Shown piece after piece: positions 41,656 through 51,346 of a DNA stretch of 64,000 nt. The notes below the pieces were generated by a model. That model searched no databases. It worked only from the letters and a program-made list of their open reading frames with translations, and was not told the DNA's origin. This DNA is from a virus. Position numbers and translations under genes: made by a program. Within the stretch, counting starts at the first letter, position 1. Each line of letters begins with the position of its first letter. Location: the IMG/VR virus record IMGVR_UViG_3300047323_000304, positions 129,898 to 193,897 of that record. One strand, given 5' to 3'.

Positions 41656-42342
41656 TTATTTATATTCATATTGTTTTCTGTCTTCATTATTCAGATAACA
41701 TAAATTTTTACTTATATTCTTTAAATATATATCACCAGATTTAGTAGCATATAAATATTCTATTAATGGGTTTCTGTTATAAGTTGCAATCATACAAAAT
41801 TTATCCCATAATCTTATATAATAATCTTTAGTAGTAAAATAAGCTTCATATTCTAATATTACTTGAATAACTTTGTTATATTGAATCCAACTATAATGTT
41901 TACTATTCATTCTATTTAAGTAAGTTTGTGATATCTCGATATTATCTTTATATATATTGTAGAGTTCCATATAATTATTAAAATATATATCTTGTTTTAG
42001 TACCTTTTGTTTCTTTGTTAAATTTTTATAATTAAAATAGATAATACTATCAACCATACTGCAATTATAACCATTATAAAAACTATCATATTTATCTATG
42101 TAACATTGTTCTCTTTCATGTAACATTTTAGAATCCTGTACTATTTCAAGAATATTATATGTAAATATAGTTTTATCCTTTGTCTTATTGAATGAGCGTT
42201 GAATTTTAATAGAATGATGTTTATTATGTCTTAGCATTCTATCGTGTTCTATCCATCTCCTATCTATATCAGAACTACTGCCAATATATCTCTTATTTGT
42301 ATTTATGTTTAGTATTTCGTAAATTCCTTGTTGCTTTATCAT
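41656..42342 (-). CDS. GIY-YIG endonuclease
   Basis: GIYEILN...YIGSS.DIDRRWIEH...EREQCYID...GYN. Confidence 0.9.
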   Translation of the reverse strand: MIKQQGIYEILNINTNKRYIGSSSDIDRRWIEHDRMLRHNKHHSIKIQRSFNKTKDKTIFTYNILEIVQDSKMLHEREQCYIDKYDSFYNGYNCSMVDSIIYFNYKNLTKKQKVLKQDIYFNNYMELYNIYKDNIEISQTYLNRMNSKHYSWIQYNKVIQVILEYEAYFTTKDYYIRLWDKFCMIATYNRNPLIEYLYATKSGDIYLKNISKNLCYLNNEDRKQYEYK

Positions 42343-42562
42343 TATTTCATTCTCCTTTTATTCTATTTGTAATTATTCTCTTTAATTTATCATTTATTCC
42401 CTCAGCACCTTATCACAACCCCTCAAATTATTTTACTAGCCACTTAAAGAGTTACAACTCCAATATTTTTTGAAGTCATAACTCTATCTATATAAACCGT
42501 ATAAACGGATTGTACTATATTTATCTATATAAAATAGATTTAAAATCTATGTATGTGTTAAT

Positions 42563-42832
42563 TTAATAAACTACTCCTTCAAGTATCAATATTAAATCAG
42601 ATAATTCTTTTCTTTGTTCCTTGCTTGAATTTGTATCATTATAACAAGTTAACATACTTTTATAATATCCTAAAATTTCTGAAAATCCTTCTTTGTCTAT
42701 AACTTTCATTAAGTCGTTTTTAAACTCTTCTTTGTCTTTGTAGCCATGTTGTAAAGCTCCATTGAATTTAGTTTCAAAGTCTATTATTTCTTTTGCATAA
42801 GATTTAACATTTATCATATCATTACACCTCAT
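42563..42832 (-). CDS. hypothetical phage protein
   Basis: ORF. Confidence 0.6.
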   Translation of the reverse strand: MRCNDMINVKSYAKEIIDFETKFNGALQHGYKDKEEFKNDLMKVIDKEGFSEILGYYKSMLTCYNDTNSSKEQRKELSDLILILEGVVY

Positions 42833-42914
42833 TCATAATTTTTAACATCTTTTTGAAATAGAAGATTATAACTATTGATTGGTCAAGCGTTTTACCACTT
42901 CAAACCATTTTATT

Positions 42915-43112
42915 TTATTCCCAACACATTATTGCTTGATATATTTCCTTTTGTTCTTGCTCTGTAAATTCTCCATTGATTTTATACTCACCATTTAACC
43001 ATTGAGTCATTTTAAAAGTTTTCCCTTTGTATTCTCCTTCTAATATTCCCATGTTTGGTGATTCCCATTTTTCAGTATAATCAATTTTACTCATTTTAAT
43101 ACACTCCTTCAT
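42915..43112 (-). CDS. hypothetical phage protein
   Basis: ORF with AGGAG RBS. Confidence 0.6.
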   Translation of the reverse strand: MKECIKMSKIDYTEKWESPNMGILEGEYKGKTFKMTQWLNGEYKINGEFTEQEQKEIYQAIMCWE

Positions 43113-43217
43113 TTAGCTATTAACTAGCTTTTTATTTTATTTGTTCCCTTGCCTATATATTACTACTATAGGTTTATATTGTCAAGAATTATTTTGTATC
43201 CTGTTTATTTTATTTAA

Positions 43218-44627
43218 TTATACTGCTACTCTTTCAATTCTTTTAATTCTATCTTTAATAACTTTTATTCTTGCGTTACTATTTTTCAATACATAAGACG
43301 ATAATTTTTCTTTACCTTCTTTTCTAGCTTTAATATTATAATCCTTATAACCTTTGTGTTCTTCTTCAGCAAGTCTTAATTTCTCTTTTAATTTTTCTAA
43401 TGCTTTAGGATCACTTGATTTAATAATTTTGTCACCATTTATTATCTTATCTATTTTAGATGATATATCCTTTATATCGTTGTATTCTTCCCATAACTTA
43501 CCTTCTTTAGATACAAATTTATTATGCTTATTCATATTGTAGTTTCCTGCCCCTGATATCATTTGTGAAACGTGACTCGCACCATTTGCATTATGTTTAT
43601 TAGTCCATGTTGCATATGCTCTTTTATACCAGTTTAAAAGGTTATCCAATTTTATTTGTGAATCTGCTGACACTTTTGTTTTTGCTTCTTCTATTTCTTT
43701 TGAGACTTCTTCAATGACTTGATTATACTCTGCTGTTGCTGAACCTTCTTTGTAATCATTAAATGACATATTTTGTTTTGATATTCTTGCTAAGTCTTCA
43801 TTGATAACTATTTGTGGTTGTTCTATTTTTTGAACTTCTTTGACTTGTTCAGTTTGTTCAATAGTTTCATTTACTATATTATTAAATTCTTTTTGAAGTA
43901 GTTTTGTTGGTTCTTCTGAGAATATAAACCCTTTTTTAAATCTGCTATAATATCCACCTATTGACTTGATTTTTAATTCAATGTTTTTAAATTCTGCATA
44001 TTCAATTTTATTAATTAATTTTGCAACAAATATTGTAGCTCCAGTTTTTGTATGAACGTCTTTAACAACTGTAAAATCTGTTGTATTATTATTTTGAGTT
44101 ATTTCTGTTGTGTTTTCAATTTGTTGTTGTGGTTCTTCTATATCTTTAATCTCTTTTGATTCTTCAATGGCTGTTTTAATTTCTACTTCTTCATATACTG
44201 TTAACCCTTGATTATTTTCTAATGATTTAATACTTTCTTTTATGTAGTTCATAATTTCTTCAGATACGTTAGATTGTTTAGCTTCATATATTAAATTTTC
44301 ACCTAGTCCACATTGAATATTATAATTTTCTTTTCTTAATTGTTTGTACCAAAACATTTTATTATTAGCTACTTCTATAATTTCACTTTCTAATACTTCA
44401 TAACATTCTCCAGCACTTGAATAAACTAATTCTTGTGAGTATTCATCATAATATGATTTTCCAGAATTTCTTTTAATATAACCTTCAGCACCTCTTTTAG
44501 TTTTGAATATTCCATTTATATAAGTTGTTGCTACTACATAGCATTTGCCATGAAATAATGAATTTCTAACTTCCTTTACTTGGTAAGCTGATTCATTGAT
44601 TTTATTTAATAATTCTTGTTTGTTCAT
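43218..44627 (-). CDS. large multidomain hypothetical protein
   Basis: 469 aa; GGYYSRFKKGF and SHVSQMISGAGNY segments; TTGACA-N17-TATAAT promoter. Confidence 0.75.
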   Translation of the reverse strand: MNKQELLNKINESAYQVKEVRNSLFHGKCYVVATTYINGIFKTKRGAEGYIKRNSGKSYYDEYSQELVYSSAGECYEVLESEIIEVANNKMFWYKQLRKENYNIQCGLGENLIYEAKQSNVSEEIMNYIKESIKSLENNQGLTVYEEVEIKTAIEESKEIKDIEEPQQQIENTTEITQNNNTTDFTVVKDVHTKTGATIFVAKLINKIEYAEFKNIELKIKSIGGYYSRFKKGFIFSEEPTKLLQKEFNNIVNETIEQTEQVKEVQKIEQPQIVINEDLARISKQNMSFNDYKEGSATAEYNQVIEEVSKEIEEAKTKVSADSQIKLDNLLNWYKRAYATWTNKHNANGASHVSQMISGAGNYNMNKHNKFVSKEGKLWEEYNDIKDISSKIDKIINGDKIIKSSDPKALEKLKEKLRLAEEEHKGYKDYNIKARKEGKEKLSSYVLKNSNARIKVIKDRIKRIERVAV

Positions 44628-44799
44628 ATTAACAACCTCACTTTATTATATTTATTTTATTCCTTTATGTAAGTTACAAGCTGTAACTACTTCCTATACT
44701 TAGTATTATACGCTTATATTTGTTATCTGTCAATAAAATAAAAAGAATATTATTAATATATTTTATAATTAGTTTATGTATGGATTGCACGAAGCAACC

Positions 44800-44877
44800 C
44801 TATTTGAAATATATTGCTATTAATAAAATTACTATAATTACATCAAATATTAAATTAGCTATTTGCAACTTATTCAT
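44800..44877 (-). CDS. 25-aa hydrophobic peptide MNKLQIANLIFDVIIVILLIAIYFK
   Basis: hand translation; GAGGTGA RBS; hairpin GGTTGC-TTCGT-GCAATC after the stop. Confidence 0.55.
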   Translation of the reverse strand: MNKLQIANLIFDVIIVILLIAIYFK

Positions 44878-44976
44878 ATCAATTCACCTCTTTACATACA
44901 TTTATATTAGTGTTATTATTCTTGTAAGAGAAGTCTTAGAATACAGAAGGCATTTAGCCTTCCATATTTGATTTAG

Positions 44977-45096
44977 TTACTTTTTAAAATAGTTTAGAAA
45001 TAAAAATGTGGTTGCAACAATTTTTAAAACTAAATCTATTATCTTGTAACGTTTGTCAAAGTCTGTATTGTTAGACTTCTTTTCATGTTTTGACAT
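44977..45096 (-). CDS. 39-aa basic/hydrophobic peptide MSKHEKKSNNTDFDKRYKIIDLVLKIVATTFLFLNYFKK
   Basis: hand translation; GGAGG RBS; TTTACA-N17-TATAAT promoter; convergent plus-strand promoter at 44891-44919. Confidence 0.55.
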   Translation of the reverse strand: MSKHEKKSNNTDFDKRYKIIDLVLKIVATTFLFLNYFKK

Positions 45097-45497
45097 TCCC
45101 TCAACCTCCCTTACAAATATAATTATATCATATAATAGTATATATGTAAATAAAATAAAAAGAATACTTAGATAACTTTTATAATCATATTAGATTGGTT
45201 TTGGTTTATATCAAACAGTTATATAATAGTTTGTGTTAACTCTAATGGTTCATTTAAGCGTTGTTATAGTTTTAAAGTATTAGTTTATTGAATTGGTTTA
45301 AAGTCGCTGGAATAAGTGTTATTTATTACAGTAGATTATATTAATTAGTTTCTACTTATATTTACTATATATAATGTAGATATCTTTTATTAATTCCATT
45401 TATAAAAATAATTTAAAAAATATTAGATAAATTATAAAGAATACTCTTGACTTGTATCTGTATTAATGTTAAAATAAATTATAGAGTTAATTAAGAC

Positions 45498-45719
45498 GTG
45501 AACAACGTTAATAAATTAAAAAGGATGTATGTAAAAATGAGCAAAGTGTTATTTAAAGATGGAAATGAAAAATTAGTAGACGAAAAAACATTACAATTTT
45601 TATTAGATATTAAAAATGCTAAGAAGGATCAAATATTTACATATATAAACGAAAAACATTTAGATAAAATAAAATATATATGGTCTAATAAATCAGAAGA
45701 ATGGTTATGTATGGCTTAA
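45498..45719 (+). CDS. hypothetical protein (likely start 45537)
   Basis: ORF behind TTGACT-N17-TAAAAT. Confidence 0.55.
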   Translation: MNNVNKLKRMYVKMSKVLFKDGNEKLVDEKTLQFLLDIKNAKKDQIFTYINEKHLDKIKYIWSNKSEEWLCMA

Positions 45720-45764
45720 CATAAATTAAATAAGATTAAATAAATTATAAAGGATGGATTTAAA

Positions 45765-46541
45765 ATGAAAAATATTAAAACTTTATCAAATGTAGAATTA
45801 GTGAAAGTATACCAAGAAGCAAAGGTGAATTTCAGAAATGCAGTTGAAGGAACTCCTGAAGAATTAGAAGCTGATAGAATATATACTGAATTATTTAATG
45901 AGCTTAATGATAGAAATATTGATTTAAGAGATTATCAAGAAACAAAACAAACTATAGAGAACAAAGTAACTAATTCAAATAACACAATTAAACAAGTTAA
46001 GACATTTGTAAAATCATTAGTTATAGCAACTACAATATTATTAACAACATCTATTCTTGCTTTTGCAGATACTACACAACCAATTCAAGATAAAAAGATT
46101 GTAGATTATTATACAATGCAAAATAATGATGTTAAAACAATCTATGAAGATAATAGTTTCTATATTAATTCAGATGTAAATATTTATTCTATAGATAAAT
46201 TAAATAATACTATTGCATTTAATAAAGAAGGTCAATTATATAGCTTTTATGTAGATAAAGATATTATTGATAGTTATTACTTAAATGAAGCTATTAATGT
46301 TACTATGGATAATAACAATGAAGTAGTTGATTGTATAGTGGATACTCAACCAGTTGTATATAAGAATGTAAGTGTTGTCTATTCAGATGATAAAGTATGT
46401 TGTGTTAGAATCAATGATAATGTATATGACTTTGTTAATGAAGATAGTGAAGACGGTTGGAAAGTTGGAGATAAATGTAATGTGATTATTCAAGATGATA
46501 TGGTATTAGAAGTTAGACCTGTACCATTATGTGATAGATAG
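45765..46541 (+). CDS. hypothetical protein with an internal signal/TM segment
   Basis: SLVIATTILLTTSILAFA followed by a beta-rich domain. Confidence 0.7.
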   Translation: MKNIKTLSNVELVKVYQEAKVNFRNAVEGTPEELEADRIYTELFNELNDRNIDLRDYQETKQTIENKVTNSNNTIKQVKTFVKSLVIATTILLTTSILAFADTTQPIQDKKIVDYYTMQNNDVKTIYEDNSFYINSDVNIYSIDKLNNTIAFNKEGQLYSFYVDKDIIDSYYLNEAINVTMDNNNEVVDCIVDTQPVVYKNVSVVYSDDKVCCVRINDNVYDFVNEDSEDGWKVGDKCNVIIQDDMVLEVRPVPLCDR

Positions 46542-46979
46542 TTATTTAGTGATAAATTAAAGATAATAATCTCATATAGTTATATATAGATTCAGGAGTT
46601 GTAAGTGTTTGCTTATGGCTCTTTTATTATATCCTAATATATCTTATAGTAGTTATTAGAGTTATCATATATATTATAGATATTAGATTGATTGTAAATG
46701 TACTGTTATAATAGACTTATACAGTATTCTCGTTTATGTTGTGCTTTGTATTGACTTATAGTTAGTTTATATTAATGTTAGCAAAGTGTTTATACCTGTT
46801 AATTTATAAGCGTTGTATGAGGTTGTTATTTGGTTATAATTGATGTAATAGTATTTGATTATTAGTCAAATAAAATAAAAAGAATATGATTGATATATTG
46901 TTCATACTATGATAAAATAAGGTTGAGGTTAAATATATAAAATAATCTCAATAATAAAATATAAAGGAGAAATGTTTAT

Positions 46980-47957
46980 ATGAAAGAAAAACAAATTTGT
47001 AAAAACTGTGGAAAGGAGAAAATTATTCATGCTCGTAGATTGTGTAAATCATGTTATGATAATCTATATTATAATGGATTAATTGATGGTGTAGTTGCCC
47101 ATAAATGTAAAGTAGATGGATGTGAAAAATCTGCTCGTGCTGATGGTTATTGTCAAAGACATTACACACAAGTGTGGAAATATGGAAAGATATCAGAAGG
47201 TAATACTAATAGAAGTAAAATGGAGCGTAATGAAATTATAAAAGATATTGAAAATAATATTGCTTACATAATTTTATATAATTCAAAACAAGAAGAAAAA
47301 GAAAGAACTATTATAGATTTAGAAGACATTGATAAAATAAAAAGTTATAAATGGAATTGTAATAAAAGTAGTAAATTTCATGTAAGTACTATTACAAAAG
47401 ACGGAAATTTAATGTTGCATAGATTAATAATGAATTGTACTGATGATAGTTTAGTTGTGGATCATATTAATCATAACCCATTAGATAATAGAAAATGTAA
47501 TTTAAGAATATGTACAAATGAAGAAAATAGAAAGAACAATAGTTTATATAATACAAATACAACTGGCATCATTGGAATATACTATATTAAAAAGAGAAAT
47601 ATATGGCAATCCAGTATAACTGTCAATACTAAGTTATTATTGTTAGGTGAATTTAATAATAAAGAAGATGCAATAAGAGAAAGATTGAAAGGAGAAGTAT
47701 ATTATATGAAAGAGTTCGCACCTCAACAACATCTATATGAAGAGTATGGAATTGATAAGAATGCAGAATATGAAGTTAAACAGTATAAGCCAAGAAAGAA
47801 AGGTAATGAATATGGTATTAAAGGTGTATTTAAAGGAAGTGGAAACAATAAAGATAAATGGAAAGTAGAATTTAAAGTTGATGGTAAGAATATATTCTTA
47901 GGTCATTATGATATATTAGAAGAAGCTATTGCAATTAGACAAGCTTATAAAGGATAA
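46980..47957 (+). CDS. HNH homing endonuclease with Cys repeats and AP2 domains
   Basis: MLHRLIM..VVDHINHNPLDNRKCNLR; TTGIIGI and YGIKGV AP2 motifs. Confidence 0.88.
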   Translation: MKEKQICKNCGKEKIIHARRLCKSCYDNLYYNGLIDGVVAHKCKVDGCEKSARADGYCQRHYTQVWKYGKISEGNTNRSKMERNEIIKDIENNIAYIILYNSKQEEKERTIIDLEDIDKIKSYKWNCNKSSKFHVSTITKDGNLMLHRLIMNCTDDSLVVDHINHNPLDNRKCNLRICTNEENRKNNSLYNTNTTGIIGIYYIKKRNIWQSSITVNTKLLLLGEFNNKEDAIRERLKGEVYYMKEFAPQQHLYEEYGIDKNAEYEVKQYKPRKKGNEYGIKGVFKGSGNNKDKWKVEFKVDGKNIFLGHYDILEEAIAIRQAYKG

Positions 47958-47959
47958 TT

Positions 47960-49350
47960 ATATATAATAAAATATAAACTGTACATATTAAGAGTAGTAA
48001 TTTAATGTTGCTACTCTATTCTTATATAGATAGTTATGTATGTGTTAATAGTATGGAGATGTATAGTCGTTGTGTATTAGTATGTTTATAAGAGTTGTTA
48101 TTGTATCATATAGATATATTTATATATGATAATATATACTTGTTATAAAGTTAGTTATCATTGGTAATTTAGTTGTCATATATAAATAGCTGTCAATGTA
48201 TCAGTGTACTAGTTCATATAGAACACATTATATAGTAGACAAATCTTATCCACGATTATTAAAGCCACTTATAATATAAGCATTCGTATTTTTAAAAATT
48301 ATCCAATTCCATCCAATCAAGTAATGAGCTGATAAAAGTAAAATTTTAACTGTATATGTAGTTGTTGATACCTTATAATGTACTATTTCAGTATTGTTAT
48401 TACTGGTATTAATTGGATAACTTTATCTATTAAATATACATTTAGTGAAGTTGAGTTGAAACCGTTGGTATCACTAGGTTGTAGCGTTTGGAAGTGTGTT
48501 TTTAAAGGTATTTTGTATTGTTGATATATGTTATCATTACTAAATGGCTCGTATACTGGTATGGGGGCTATAAATACATATTAATTGATAATCATTATCA
48601 ACAGATAGCCACTATCTCTTCTAGTCGTCTATACGGTAACATTTGTTACGATTGGTATAAAAACACGAACATTAACCATGAGTGGCGTTCGTCCTATGCT
48701 TCGTGAAACCTCCCTATCCACCCCATTCCTATCTAAAATTTACCATCAAAAATCGCTCAAAATAACCCTATTTATAACTACTAAAACCCTCAAACCTACT
48801 GATAGCAATACCTAAGACGATTAACCCTATACATCACTCAATACCTACTAATCGTCAATCAATACTCAACATCGCTAAAACCTAGTAATAGACTAACTTA
48901 CAACCTATTTTAAGCTACTCCAAATTACCTCATCACGAGTCATAGTTATCGTCACTCATCTATCATTAAAAATTCAACATTAATTTAAACTACCCTCACA
49001 TCAATTCTCCCACTCTAAAATTCAACGCAACTACTATTACCTAATTTTCTTCACACCCTATTTAAAATCCATCTCTAAGCTTGTCTAAATTACAAATATC
49101 AATAAATCTCCAAACAAAAAGAAACTATCTCAAACCAATAAAAGTTCAAAACAGTTTCTTAAATAAGGATATAGTGGTTGATAGATATTGAAAATAAAAA
49201 GTAAATATAATACTTATCCACACAATTAAATTATATACAACAAATCCAATTCTTTCTACATGTAAATAATACCAACTAGAATAAACTATATAGACATAGG
49301 GAGGGGGTATATTTTAAATATAGAATATAAGTACCTATATATAGTACCCT
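47960..49350. other. long non-coding region with an abrupt G-rich to C-rich strand switch
   Basis: G/T-rich plus strand to about 48.7 kb, then A/C-rich; palindrome GTAACA-TT-TGTTAC at 48636-48649; DnaA box at 49214-49222. Confidence 0.5.
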
Positions 49351-49384
49351 AGCTTATATAAAATGTTGTAAACAATATCTTTTT

Positions 49385-49795
49385 CTAAATTACAATCAAA
49401 CTAACAATATATAGTCCTATAAAAACTAAACCACAAATTCCAATTAGTTTATCAAATAACATTCCAGTAGTAAACCATCTAAGACCATATCTTCCACTCA
49501 AAGGATAAAATAATGGAACTCCACTCTTAGTCATACTATCAAGGAATAAATGGCTTGCATATGATATAAACCATATTAAAGCAATATTCTTATTAAATAC
49601 ACTAATTCCTAAACTACTAAACATTAGAAAGAATAATCCATGTGTAAAAGTTCTATGGAATTGCTTTCCTAATACTAAATCTAAATCTGGAGCTATTGAT
49701 CCTAGAATACCAAAAATTCCAACAACACCAGTAACGCTTCCCATAATAGGTAAACTCACTAATGTCCCAATAGCCAAATGTGTTTTCTTTGTCAT
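49385..49795 (-). CDS. YdjM-like membrane metal-dependent hydrolase
   Basis: THLAIG, GSIAPDLD, HRTFTH, SHLFLDSMT.SGVPLFYP; ATG start at 49795 preferred. Confidence 0.85.
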   Translation of the reverse strand: MTKKTHLAIGTLVSLPIMGSVTGVVGIFGILGSIAPDLDLVLGKQFHRTFTHGLFFLMFSSLGISVFNKNIALIWFISYASHLFLDSMTKSGVPLFYPLSGRYGLRWFTTGMLFDKLIGICGLVFIGLYIVSLIVI

Positions 49796-50215
49796 AAAAT
49801 TCACGTCCTTCCAAACTCGCCACAGAAGTCCAGCCACTCCAAACCACTTCTTATCGGAAAAATTTTTTCCTTAATTTATGCGGTTTTAACCTATCCTATG
49901 TGTGCGTCCTTTCTGTGTTTATTAAAGTATATACCTTACTGTTGTACCAATAACTTACTTAATAATATACTTATTTATTCTATTATTAGTCTTACCACTT
50001 GAATATGTATGTATTCATTTTAAACAAAAAAAATAAGAGCCTACATAAAATTAAATGTAGTATAATGATAATAGGTTATTTAGTATATTATGTATATTAG
50101 ATAACCTATTATTTTAATATACTATAATTACTAAATGGATGTTAAATAATTAGTATAGTATGTATATAGTGTAATATAGTAGATATAAGAATAGACAAGA
50201 GAGGAGGATAAGTTA

Positions 50216-51346
50216 TTGAAAGTGCAAGAAGTGAAGTTGGGAAACAACGTAAAAAGATATATGTTGTTAGATCATAGAGGATTACCAGTTATTCCAGTTG
50301 TGAAATATTTAAAGTATCTTGATAATGGAGAAAAGAGTTATAATACGCAAAAGACTTATTGTTATTCTTTAAAACTATATTTTGAGTATCTAAAAGAGAT
50401 TGATGTAGATTATAGAAAAGTTAATATAAATATCTTATCTAATTTTATTGGGTGGCTTAGAAATCCATATGAGAATATTAAGACTATAGGAATAAAACCA
50501 ATAAAGGCTAAGAGAACTGAAAAAACAGTAAATTTATCAGTAACAGTTGTAACTAATTTCTATGACTATTTATTTAGAACGGAAGAAATAGAAAATGATA
50601 TGATTGAAAAATTAATGAAACAAGTATTTACGGGTGGTCACACTTCGTATAAAGACTTCTTACATCATGTTAATAAAGATAAACCTTCTAATAGGAATAT
50701 ACTAAAGATTAAAGAACCACGAAAAAAAATAAAAGTTCTAACTAAGGAAGAAACCGAAAAAATTTATAGAGCGACAACTAATATACGAGATGAATTTCTT
50801 ATTAAATTGCTATTTGAAACTGGATTGAGGATTGGTGAAGTTTTGTCTTTATTCATTGAAGATTTTAAATACGATCATAATAAAGGTCATAAGATAAAAT
50901 TAACAGACCGTGGCGAATTACCCAATGGTGCTAAGTTGAAAACTGGTGAACGTGAAATATATGCATCACAAGAGTTAATGGATTTATTTGATGATTATGA
51001 ATATGAAATCTTAGATGAATTAGAAATAGATACAAATTTTGTATTTGTTAAATTAAGGGGTAAGAATAAAGGACAACCACTTGAATATCAAGATGTAAGC
51101 GCGTTATTTAAAAGACTCAAACAAAAGACTGGAATTGATGTTCACGCTCACTTGCTAAGGCATACACATGCTACTATATATTATCGTCAAACAAAGGATA
51201 TAAAGCAGGTACAAGAACGATTAGGACATTCACAAATACAAACTACTATGAATATGTATTTACATCCTTCAGATGAAGATATAAGAGAAAGCTGGGAAAT
51301 AGCACAACCAGCATTTACATTAAATAAAGGAGACAAGAAAATATGA
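50216..51346 (+). CDS. Tn554 TnpA-like tyrosine recombinase
   Basis: TGLRIGEV, HLLRHT, LGHSQIQTTMNMY. Confidence 0.9.
   Translation: MKVQEVKLGNNVKRYMLLDHRGLPVIPVVKYLKYLDNGEKSYNTQKTYCYSLKLYFEYLKEIDVDYRKVNINILSNFIGWLRNPYENIKTIGIKPIKAKRTEKTVNLSVTVVTNFYDYLFRTEEIENDMIEKLMKQVFTGGHTSYKDFLHHVNKDKPSNRNILKIKEPRKKIKVLTKEETEKIYRATTNIRDEFLIKLLFETGLRIGEVLSLFIEDFKYDHNKGHKIKLTDRGELPNGAKLKTGEREIYASQELMDLFDDYEYEILDELEIDTNFVFVKLRGKNKGQPLEYQDVSALFKRLKQKTGIDVHAHLLRHTHATIYYRQTKDIKQVQERLGHSQIQTTMNMYLHPSDEDIRESWEIAQPAFTLNKGDKKI

Noticed and set aside
44677-44710. ACTTCCTA...ATTAT resemblance to a Firmicute dif site
   Set aside because: Only a partial match, and it coincides with the -10/start region of the 43218 gene promoter.
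46980-47957. HNH as a terminase-associated packaging nuclease
   Set aside because: Its AP2 domains and length fit a free-standing homing endonuclease, and no terminase is in the window.
48518-48706. 62-aa plus-strand ORF in the skewed region
   Set aside because: TTG start without an RBS in low-complexity non-coding DNA.
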